Positions 8,801-15,923 of a stretch of 44,393 bases of DNA are shown piece after piece (the stretch's first letter is position 1; each line of letters starts with the position of its first letter). The notes beneath the pieces were generated by a model, which saw nothing but the letters and a program-made list of their open reading frames with translations, was not told where the DNA came from and did not search any database. The stretch lies in contig CBFIJH010000003.1 of assembly GCA_965662895.1 (NCBI GenBank), forward strand, positions 133,793 to 178,185. Direction: 5' to 3'. A program made the position numbers and the translations under genes. The DNA comes from Candidatus Poseidoniaceae archaeon. GTDB taxonomy: Archaea; Thermoplasmatota; Poseidoniia; Poseidoniales; Poseidoniaceae.

Positions 8801-10796
8801 TCTCCTTGATGGGTCCATTCATGAAGCCAATTTAACCGTCTATGATGCCTCAACGGATACGGTGTATGTGCTCAAGAAGGTTGAGCTTCTTGTCGCCCCA
8901 GTCTTTACCTATACGATTGATGGTTGGAAGGATGAATACTTCTTCCATGAGGGCGATAATCGAATCCTAACTGCCCAAATTACGAACACTGGAAACAAGG
9001 ACGTCTATGTCGACCTCGGTTACGAGGTTCGTGCTCCGGGTCTAACAATTCCAAGCGATGATTGGAGCGTTGACAGCGCATCACCCAGCCAGATTTTCCT
9101 TCCCAGAAACACGCCTGTTGAACTTGTCATTAGCGTTGACAAAAACCCTGGTGGAAGCAGCAGTACTACTCTTGCAACAGCAGCAGATTTACGCGTAACA
9201 TTGGTGCCAACGGATGTTGATGTTGACGGAAGCGGTGAATTGATGACATCGTTAAAGATGAAGCGTCTCTTTGACACCGGTTATGCCGACAAACTTCAGG
9301 CTCCAGCCAACGATGATCCTGTCACTGTGGCCATTGAGTACTCTCACATACCGTACCTCAACACTGCACCTGCAGCTTATTCAATCGAATTTTGTGGCAT
9401 TGAACGAATTCTCGACATCGACGGCCTAGGTCTGGACGAAGATGAATACATCTGGAACATTTCTCTGACCAACCTCGAAGGCGAAGAGAGTGTTCATTAC
9501 ATCAATCTCTCGGCACCATGCGTTCCGGGGAGTGAGCTTATTCAACTTCCCGAGCGGCCGGCTTACGTCCTGTCACCGAATCTCATCTTCAACGTAAAAG
9601 TTCCAGACCGACCCAATATTCTCCCGGGTGACGGTTACGACATCACAATGCTTCTTCACCATCCTGATCCGAACGAACCCGTCACTGAAGAAACATTCCG
9701 ATTTGCGTTGAATGTCTATGCCGATCCGATGATTGACCCGGATTCGCAACGGATTGTCGATGCGGATGGTGAAGAACTCGATCTCATCATGGAGGGCCAA
9801 ACATCCTACATCGAATTCGATCTCAAGAATGAAGGAACTGCTCTTGCAATCGGCATAGGTTCTCAACTCGTGTGCGAGGGTCTCGTGATTGAAGATGCCC
9901 CTGCATACCTACCCCTCCTCGCAGAAGGTGAAGTTCAAACACTGCGCTGGAAGATTACCGGTGAAACACTTGACTGGTGGGAACAGAGCAGAGATGCTGA
10001 TTGTACTGTCGAGATACTGTCCTCGTATGCCCTCAACAACGTCGTTGAAAACGACAAGATTCAGTTCAAACAGAAAGTGGATTCGAATTCTCCATCCACT
10101 CTCACTTCTTTTGCAGGATTCGGAATTGCATTGATTGTAACGATCGGTTTGCTTGGATTGACCAACCAGAATGAAAAATATCGACTCGGAGCGGTCTATT
10201 CTGGAGTCATCATGCTTGGATTCCTCTTCCATCTCTATGATGCAATATGGTGGGGTCCAGTTACCGTTGTGATTGCTGCGTTATGGGTCTGGCGAATGGC
10301 GTGGAGAAGCAGTGAGGAATTCCGTTACATCCACGAGGATTATCAACGAGCAAGGAAAGGAATATCCACGATTTATGCCGACCACTTCCAAGCATTGACC
10401 GATTCTCGTCGACAACTGACGATTATTCTCAGCCTGCCTCTGCTCGGATTCATTGGTGTCGTTTTGGGGCTGCCTCCGCAAATGACGCCAGATGAAACGA
10501 ATCTCATTACTTTGGTCGGTTACATTTTGTTCTCGACCGCCGTCGTTTGGGCCATTCTCCGCCGAGCCAACAACCAGTACGGTACGCTCTACGGCAAACT
10601 CACGGACATTGAGGTGAAGGCAACACGCATTGAACGTGACCTTGGCGACCCAGCTCGTCTTCTCAACGACCTTGCAATGGATGGACTTGACCTCTCTGCC
10701 ATCCTCGAACGACCTCAATCGACCATCAACAACGATGGTCAAACAAACACAGAATCTTCAGGGGAGGTGAATTCGAATGGCGAAGAGCAAGATTGA
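5889..10796 (+). CDS. Giant cell-surface protein (~1635 aa): signal peptide, CARDB-like domain, multiple NEW3/COG1470-type Ig repeats, about 5 C-terminal TM helices and a coiled-coil tail
   Basis: GGAGG SD then MFSRRALPVLLVILLVG; recurrent NTGN/NTGS/NEGT motif (7 times); hydrophobic segments after ~10100; acidic, Thr-rich composition. Confidence 0.85.
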   Translation: MFSRRALPVLLVILLVGHLALPFADASSASGRSGPDFQVNKVVFDGAGSVSTSSGLVLAPDTHTVRVDVSNAGSSSGNAFLSLVHKGSPNAAEQTVDTVDLGVMSANSGPTTYLLSWTATTGPSQTLFARVTGANDGNIANNEYRRDFDVERLVDWSITTPETLPTVTPGSTSAFLERQTHKFNVSVVNDGVMPFSARMQIVLTNASNLPPTVNIDSEIKTIHAPSTYDTEIGNVEALPLNATFDASTMTGLWNMSVRVILDDGSGPVTDIYKEFDVTFSDYIAELVGASSRTTSPGDSTTLFYTVKNTGSTTDSFTIGVSSTEGWADTSLDGTFTDFLIAGATTLVPVHVHVPQGTSLSEVDIISFSITSAGSGYTLSNTTQVMAGEYLEATVDITNDTTYVLPGKSDTIAFNITNTGNARTSFDLVAGFTSDPMNWVHNISIDNTGELAVGQSVSGFIHVEVPPIQLPLVPAEDNAAGSSLNVYVTATADTGSIPSTDSGQIEVRPAIVVDPGLPVDTIVLSESDVLNAGSSIGVNEILALNVQVRHNLVSDLSETIDANITVGDISFEALTSGGFNEVDRWNATVTPNEITGLTLGESFPASLGIQSRIGQIPLAGTVKIPVTTTPTLGGVHTASSVYAPTIEQNLSIVVPRVINAEIAETGPLDANVGVDTDFMFTFANTGNDRSDFRLEIVENLPTGWYANLTTTSPDNTILNLASDFEDYPADSGVHLSLVTLTVKTDPLAPAQMLQPLTIRYYDLDTGAYIGEQTMDIRVGESVAAELTPTNQSIEITPFEQLSAFVNIANTGNGPTSFSIELDDGGYDDVSFELDTSSTVVVAAGYESSIRVNIIPTVDASADAFYMATLTVSMVDENGDLVELKANIVANISEVHDVQLTAPDSLVAVPGTIVNLPFTLFNTGNLVETVNINITVDGGWSTTPTVQSFTVPIDGESTGSFDIAIPALDGSDNLLDGSIHEANLTVYDASTDTVYVLKKVELLVAPVFTYTIDGWKDEYFFHEGDNRILTAQITNTGNKDVYVDLGYEVRAPGLTIPSDDWSVDSASPSQIFLPRNTPVELVISVDKNPGGSSSTTLATAADLRVTLVPTDVDVDGSGELMTSLKMKRLFDTGYADKLQAPANDDPVTVAIEYSHIPYLNTAPAAYSIEFCGIERILDIDGLGLDEDEYIWNISLTNLEGEESVHYINLSAPCVPGSELIQLPERPAYVLSPNLIFNVKVPDRPNILPGDGYDITMLLHHPDPNEPVTEETFRFALNVYADPMIDPDSQRIVDADGEELDLIMEGQTSYIEFDLKNEGTALAIGIGSQLVCEGLVIEDAPAYLPLLAEGEVQTLRWKITGETLDWWEQSRDADCTVEILSSYALNNVVENDKIQFKQKVDSNSPSTLTSFAGFGIALIVTIGLLGLTNQNEKYRLGAVYSGVIMLGFLFHLYDAIWWGPVTVVIAALWVWRMAWRSSEEFRYIHEDYQRARKGISTIYADHFQALTDSRRQLTIILSLPLLGFIGVVLGLPPQMTPDETNLITLVGYILFSTAVVWAILRRANNQYGTLYGKLTDIEVKATRIERDLGDPARLLNDLAMDGLDLSAILERPQSTINNDGQTNTESSGEVNSNGEEQD

Positions 10797-11769
10797 AGAA
10801 GATGATTTCATCATGGATTCTGAGTTAGGTGATGGAGATCTTTCCGACGCACAGGCAGCAATCGCCGCCTCCAATGAGAGCGCCCAGCGCTTGATGCAAG
10901 CAAGTCGAGAATTGGAATCATTGGTTCAAAACGTTGTTAGTGACGAAGTCAATTCACTTGCGACAACCGAACTTGACCTTCTTCAAGCGAAGACCTTCCT
11001 CGAAACGCATCGCTTGCGTAGGGCACGAAAGAGCGTGCGTCGTGCAGAAAAAGCACTCAATGTTCTCGAAGAAGATGTTCTTTACCTGCGAAGGAGCATC
11101 GCAATGTTGCATCGTTTGTTGCGAGAAAAAGCCCTCGCTGAAGAAGAGGTTGAAAACGTTCTGCGCCGACTTCGAAATGCGACGGGTGCAGCTGAAATCG
11201 GCGATGTAGGCTATGCTGCAACCGAAGTCGAGTATCTTGTCGACGATCTCATTGGAGGGAACTCATCAACGCTCAACCCATTCCTTTTCCGCCACTTTTG
11301 GCTTTCAGTCGACACTCGATGGCCTGCAGGAGGAGAAACAGGTATTCTCCTTGTTCGAATTATCAACGATGGAGACATCCCACTTCCAATGATGCGTTTG
11401 GCTCCGCCTGTCCCTGACGGATGGGTTGCAAAGCCATCCTTCATTGATGTACCAGTTATCGGCCCAGGAGGAAATTTGCCGGTTCGATTTGAGATTCAAG
11501 CAGATCGTCGTCATGGTGCCGATGAAGTTCCTTTGTCACGAAAACTTTCAATTGCAACCGGGTACGAAATGAGGAATGGTAACGTGACTGTCACAATTCG
11601 TGCTCAAAACCGTTCGATGGAACCACTCGTCGATGTCCTCATTGAGCCTTGGATGCCACCTGGCTTCACTGCCGACAAGGTACCATTCATTAGCAGACTT
11701 ACACCCGACGAGGTAGCCATTATGCGTATGCCTCTTCGCATCGACTTGGGTCATGGAGGTGCTCCATGA
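10777..11769 (+). CDS. Hypothetical cytoplasmic protein: acidic N-terminus, coiled coil, two tandem Ig-like (NEW3-like) domains
   Basis: GGAGGTG SD; no signal peptide; VRIINDG...PPVPDGW...IGPGG...RFEI and IRAQNRS...PWMPPGF...LTPDE...RMPL repeat. Confidence 0.8.
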   Translation: MAKSKIEEDDFIMDSELGDGDLSDAQAAIAASNESAQRLMQASRELESLVQNVVSDEVNSLATTELDLLQAKTFLETHRLRRARKSVRRAEKALNVLEEDVLYLRRSIAMLHRLLREKALAEEEVENVLRRLRNATGAAEIGDVGYAATEVEYLVDDLIGGNSSTLNPFLFRHFWLSVDTRWPAGGETGILLVRIINDGDIPLPMMRLAPPVPDGWVAKPSFIDVPVIGPGGNLPVRFEIQADRRHGADEVPLSRKLSIATGYEMRNGNVTVTIRAQNRSMEPLVDVLIEPWMPPGFTADKVPFISRLTPDEVAIMRMPLRIDLGHGGAP

Positions 11770-11824
11770 CCCACATCCAATTCCACCCTCAGATGAGGGA
11801 GGACGAGTAAAAAAAGGTGAAAAA

Positions 11825-12469
11825 ATGAAAACCGAAAAAGAAACGAAGCAAGACGAACTTGCTGCGATTGGTATTGGTGCGATGATTGTCTTCATTGCAT
11901 TGATTCTGGTTGCGGCAGTAGCAGCTGCGGTCATTATTCAGACCGCTGAAAAGCTGCAACAGAACGCACAAGCCAGTGGTGACGATACCCAAGAGCAGAT
12001 GTCAACCAAGTTGACTTTGATCAATGTCGTTATTGAAACCCGTGACCTCGGCGGTGATGCTGCGATTGGCGGCGCTGGCGTAAACGCTGACACAGCAGAT
12101 TTGTTTGTCACGTTTGAACTTGCGCCTGGCTCTGAACCGACACAGGCTGATGACATAGGTTACACTGTCATCTGTGAAAACCTTGGTGAAGATGGTGCAG
12201 CTGGTGGAGCAGCAGCCGACGCTGACTTTACTGCATTTGCACAAGGTGATCTCTCAGGCGCAACCCTGCACACTGGCGACGGAGCTAACGCTGGTGCTGC
12301 GATTACACTCGATCCAGGAACGACCTACGTTGTTGTCCTTGAAATCGACGAATGCATCCCTACAGGAAACACAGACCACATTGCCATCTTCTCAGTCGAT
12401 GGTGGTGGTTCCACATACGAAGAACTCCAATATGGAAGCGCACCAACAGTTGGTGACGTAGTTGTTTGA
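11825..12469 (+). CDS. flaB: Archaellin (archaeal flagellin) 1
   Basis: AIGIGAMIVFIALILVAAVAAAVIIQT class III N-terminal helix, LAPGSEP motif; AGGTGA SD before ATG 11825. Confidence 0.95.
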   Translation: MKTEKETKQDELAAIGIGAMIVFIALILVAAVAAAVIIQTAEKLQQNAQASGDDTQEQMSTKLTLINVVIETRDLGGDAAIGGAGVNADTADLFVTFELAPGSEPTQADDIGYTVICENLGEDGAAGGAAADADFTAFAQGDLSGATLHTGDGANAGAAITLDPGTTYVVVLEIDECIPTGNTDHIAIFSVDGGGSTYEELQYGSAPTVGDVVV

Positions 12470-12479
12470 GGTGAAAAAA

Positions 12480-13139
12480 ATGAAGAATACACAAGAAAAG
12501 AAAATTGAAAACGACAACCTAGCTGCAATTGGTATCGGTGCGATGATTGTATTCATTGCTCTCATTCTCGTTGCTGCAGTAGCGGCTGCGGTCATCATTC
12601 AGACTGCAGAGAAGCTACAACAGAACGCACAATCCACAGGTGATGATACGACCGATGAGATGTCCGGAAAGATTCAGATTCTCAACGTATTTGTTGATGA
12701 ACCTGATAATTCATTCGTGATTTATTTCCGATTGGCTGCTGGTTCTGATGATACAGATGCCGGAGATATTCTTTGGCAAGTATTCTGTGAGGACCCAGAT
12801 GGTGGCGGTGCAGGACCTCCTGCAGTTCCAAGTACTGACCGACTCGCAGGGGAATTCGATGATACTGTAGGCCCCGGTGGCACGAGTATCATATTCTCGC
12901 TTGATGATGCCGGTGCAGTACCTGCTGCTGAAGCAACTGCTGAAGCGGGTATAGCCTACAGGGTTTCTCTCGATACGAACGATGAAAACAACGCCGTTGT
13001 TGGAACCAACAATTGTTCACCACAGCATCTGTTCGATGAGAACATCAAGGCATCTTTGTACGTCCACGTAGTTGGTGGCGGTACAACGTTTGACATTCTG
13101 AAAGTCAACGACGCTTCTCGTGGAGCAGTGGTGGTCTGA
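12480..13139 (+). CDS. flaB: Archaellin (archaeal flagellin) 2
   Basis: Identical 38-aa N-terminal helix, RLAAGSDD motif; GAGGTGA SD. Confidence 0.95.
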   Translation: MKNTQEKKIENDNLAAIGIGAMIVFIALILVAAVAAAVIIQTAEKLQQNAQSTGDDTTDEMSGKIQILNVFVDEPDNSFVIYFRLAAGSDDTDAGDILWQVFCEDPDGGGAGPPAVPSTDRLAGEFDDTVGPGGTSIIFSLDDAGAVPAAEATAEAGIAYRVSLDTNDENNAVVGTNNCSPQHLFDENIKASLYVHVVGGGTTFDILKVNDASRGAVVV

Positions 13140-13144
13140 GTCTG

Positions 13145-13182
13145 CCTGTGCGATGACTTGCCTCATGCAAGTCAAGCACAGG
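13145..13182 (+). promoter_or_regulatory. Intergenic stem-loop after the archaellins, overlapping the next RBS
   Basis: CCTGTGC-GA-TGACTTGC-[CTCAT]-GCAAGTCA-A-GCACAGG; 3' arm includes the first AGG of AGGAGG. Confidence 0.7.
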
Positions 13183-13192
13183 AGGTTGTACC

Positions 13193-14038
13193 ATGGCATG
13201 GCCATTTGGCAGTGCAGGGAACGACCGGGACGCAGACGCTGAACTCGCAGAAGAGCGCTTGAAGATTATGGCCAATGTGGCCATTGAACAAGTGCCACTC
13301 CCTGAACAAGGGGAGTTGAGTGAAGAGGATGCATGGACCATCTCCCCCGGTCCGACTCGAGCACGATTGAACAGCATTGGATCGGTACCATCCGTTGCAG
13401 CGACGCTTGCCCCCCAACCGGCGGCACCCGTCAATGCACAGGTGGATACATCTGGTCTGGAACGTATGATTAGCAGCCGTCTCGACATGGTCGAAGATGT
13501 GCTGGGTCTAATCTCGCACAAGATGGAGCAAACGAACCTTGCATCTGCACCAGAGGATGGAGAATCCTCCGAAGCAGGTGAAGAAGGCGAAGATGCCTCG
13601 ATTGATGCAGCAGAAGGCGACACGATTGTTACCGCCGATGGAGAAGTTCTCCCAGTCGGTGGTGGCGTAGATCGTTTGCGACAATCCGACGAAGCACGAC
13701 TTGTTGAATTGTATGAAGCACAGGCTCTTGCAGCGAATCCTTTCCTAGCAAAGGGTTCCTATGAGCATGCTGCGAACGATGGCGTAGGTGCGGCGATGGT
13801 TGCTGCATTGTTGCTGGATAACCTCTCTGGTATGGCGGCTGTGAGCTTTGCTCAGAAAGCCGTACAAAGTGGAATGCTGACCGAAGATGAAGGACGTGCC
13901 GTCCTTGCTATCGTTCAGTTGGCCGCTCCAGGTGAGGCAGAATCTGCACTGAACGACCATCTGTCGCATCGCAAGTTGCTGACTTTTTCAGCGATTGTTG
14001 AATCTTGGCGGTCACAGACATCGAAGTCGGAGGAATGA
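13193..14038 (+). CDS. Archaellum-associated protein, probable divergent FlaD/E (ArlCDE-like)
   Basis: Position between flaB and flaF; low-complexity acidic linker; C-terminal LLDNLSG..AVSFAQKAVQSGMLTEDEGRAVL...LSHRKLLTF loosely matches the FlaD/E domain pattern. Confidence 0.55.
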   Translation: MAWPFGSAGNDRDADAELAEERLKIMANVAIEQVPLPEQGELSEEDAWTISPGPTRARLNSIGSVPSVAATLAPQPAAPVNAQVDTSGLERMISSRLDMVEDVLGLISHKMEQTNLASAPEDGESSEAGEEGEDASIDAAEGDTIVTADGEVLPVGGGVDRLRQSDEARLVELYEAQALAANPFLAKGSYEHAANDGVGAAMVAALLLDNLSGMAAVSFAQKAVQSGMLTEDEGRAVLAIVQLAAPGEAESALNDHLSHRKLLTFSAIVESWRSQTSKSEE

Positions 14039-14041
14039 TGC

Positions 14042-14701
14042 ATGGGCGCTTCAGTAGGTGTTGGTGCTCTCGTGGTTGGTACCTCGTTGTTGTTGGTGTT
14101 TGCACTTGCTGTGCAAACGCTTGACGCACGATTGGATGCCAGTCTTGAGGCCATCGATGATGCTGGAGATCCTATGCCGTCGTTCCAAATTGATGACGCA
14201 ACCCTTTGGGAAGGTGCTGTACTCAGCATCAACATTGATACCAATGGAAGCGGTTATGTGAACGGCACATTGGTTGCATCAGGAACCGGTAGTGGATTTT
14301 CTGGAACGTTTACGGTCGACACAGCAGGAGGAATAGAAAGCGTGACAATCACCAGTCGCGGCAATTACTCGTCCCCTCCGACTATCACCGTCGACCCGTC
14401 CGGACAATCTGGAATCACCGGAACTGCATTGTTGAGTTCCGATATTGGAAACCATATCTATGGCAACCTGACCAATACTGGGACCGTTACATTACCCCTT
14501 CGACAGGGTTGGCTCTTCCTCGACGGAGGAACGTCACAGACACCGACGAATCTAGGAACAGCATACACACCAAGCATCAACAGTACAAACTGGTACCCAG
14601 GAGAAACGATTTTTCTTGACTGGTCTGAAGATGGACCTTCATCGTACGAACGGATCTCATTGACCGCAGGTGGGCTTACAGTGGCCCACGTTCTAGCATG
14701 A
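14042..14701 (+). CDS. flaF: Archaellum protein FlaF (ArlF) with internal insertion
   Basis: MGASV..ALVVG N-terminal TM, LTNTG, FLDG, WYPGETI motifs; synteny. Confidence 0.75.
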   Translation: MGASVGVGALVVGTSLLLVFALAVQTLDARLDASLEAIDDAGDPMPSFQIDDATLWEGAVLSINIDTNGSGYVNGTLVASGTGSGFSGTFTVDTAGGIESVTITSRGNYSSPPTITVDPSGQSGITGTALLSSDIGNHIYGNLTNTGTVTLPLRQGWLFLDGGTSQTPTNLGTAYTPSINSTNWYPGETIFLDWSEDGPSSYERISLTAGGLTVAHVLA

Positions 14702-14710
14702 GGTGATCAA

Positions 14711-15199
14711 ATGGCAGACGGTGGAGCATCATCATTCATTTTCCTGACAACAGCCTTGCTGGTTTCAGGATTGGTGAGCGTTGTCCTCATTAACCAATGG
14801 GGAGAGATGGCTCAAATAACTGCACAGGAAACTGCAGCACTAGAGGTGCAAGAAGCGACCGGTGTGGGTTTTGCAGGCGATCCGATGATGGTCGATTTGA
14901 ATACGACATCGAATGAAATTACCTTCTTCCTTCAAAACACTGGGACGACGTTGTTGGATTCTTCCACGCTTGTTGTTCTCATTGATGGACAAACGATGGC
15001 CTCGTCGATCAATTCATCCCTCGTACCCGCAACAGGGGATTGGGACGAAGACCACCTTCTCGAGGTGACTGTACATAGCACCACTTGGACCTATCAATCA
15101 GGCGATGACATCGCACTTACTGCGATCGTCTCGTCCGCAGTGACCAATGGATACCGTGGCTCGGATTCAACATCTTTGGAGGTGCGTTTGCATGGTTGA
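14711..15199 (+). CDS. flaG: Archaellum protein FlaG (ArlG)
   Basis: MADGGASSFIFLTTALLVSG N-terminal TM, GDP, FFLQNTG, VLIDG motifs; synteny. Confidence 0.8.
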   Translation: MADGGASSFIFLTTALLVSGLVSVVLINQWGEMAQITAQETAALEVQEATGVGFAGDPMMVDLNTTSNEITFFLQNTGTTLLDSSTLVVLIDGQTMASSINSSLVPATGDWDEDHLLEVTVHSTTWTYQSGDDIALTAIVSSAVTNGYRGSDSTSLEVRLHG

Positions 15200-15917
15200 G
15201 CGGCTCTCTGAAATGCCAAAACCGGTTGAAGACGGGTTCCCGTACGATGTTGAGACGGACAGCCTGGCCGATTCGCTCGGGCTGCGCCTGCCCAATCGAA
15301 GTTTGATTATGCTTCAGGGCGAAGTAGGTTCAGGTAAGTCATTGGTAAGTCAACGCTTCGTTCATGGACTTCTCCACAACGATGTCAAAGTTCTCGTTAT
15401 TACAACAGAACTGACCACTCGGGGTTGGATTGAACAAATGGAATCGATTGGTTATGGTGTCACAAGTGCTTTGACAAAAGGAAATCTCATGGTTTTCTCC
15501 CGCTTTGGAACCGTTGCTGAACCGATTCCAAACGTTGGCCTTGATGAAGTCCTGAGCAGTGAAGCCATCGAAGAGGCAGACATCGTCGTCATTGATTCTG
15601 CGAGTTCTTTGATGCCGGATGGTATGGATGATCAAGCACGGTTCGATATGATTCAACGCCTAAGGAAGATAGCGTCAACAGGTCGAAGTTTGATGCTGAT
15701 GGTTGACCGAGATGAAATGGATGCGAAACTCCTTCACTCTCTCCGTGCTAGCGCAGAAGTGGTTCTCGATCTCTCAACCAACCTCATTGGTGGAGACCTC
15801 AAACGTACGCTTCTTGTTACTCGTTACCTGCGTGCAGCAGGGCCTGTTCAATCTTCCATCGGTTGGCGTGTTGAACCAGGTATGGGCTTCATCGTCGACA
15901 TTACTGCAGTATCCTGA
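15192..15917 (+). CDS. flaH: Archaellum RecA/KaiC-like ATP-binding protein FlaH
   Basis: Walker A GEVGSGKS, VITTE, VVIDS, WRVEPGMG; synteny. Confidence 0.9.
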   Translation: MVERLSEMPKPVEDGFPYDVETDSLADSLGLRLPNRSLIMLQGEVGSGKSLVSQRFVHGLLHNDVKVLVITTELTTRGWIEQMESIGYGVTSALTKGNLMVFSRFGTVAEPIPNVGLDEVLSSEAIEEADIVVIDSASSLMPDGMDDQARFDMIQRLRKIASTGRSLMLMVDRDEMDAKLLHSLRASAEVVLDLSTNLIGGDLKRTLLVTRYLRAAGPVQSSIGWRVEPGMGFIVDITAVS

Positions 15918-15923
15918 GGTGAA

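Noticed and set aside
11858-12632. Near-duplicate DNA at the 5' ends of the two archaellins as a recombination or phase-variation cassette
   Set aside because: Protein is identical but many synonymous differences exist; explained by ordinary purifying selection on the filament core helix.
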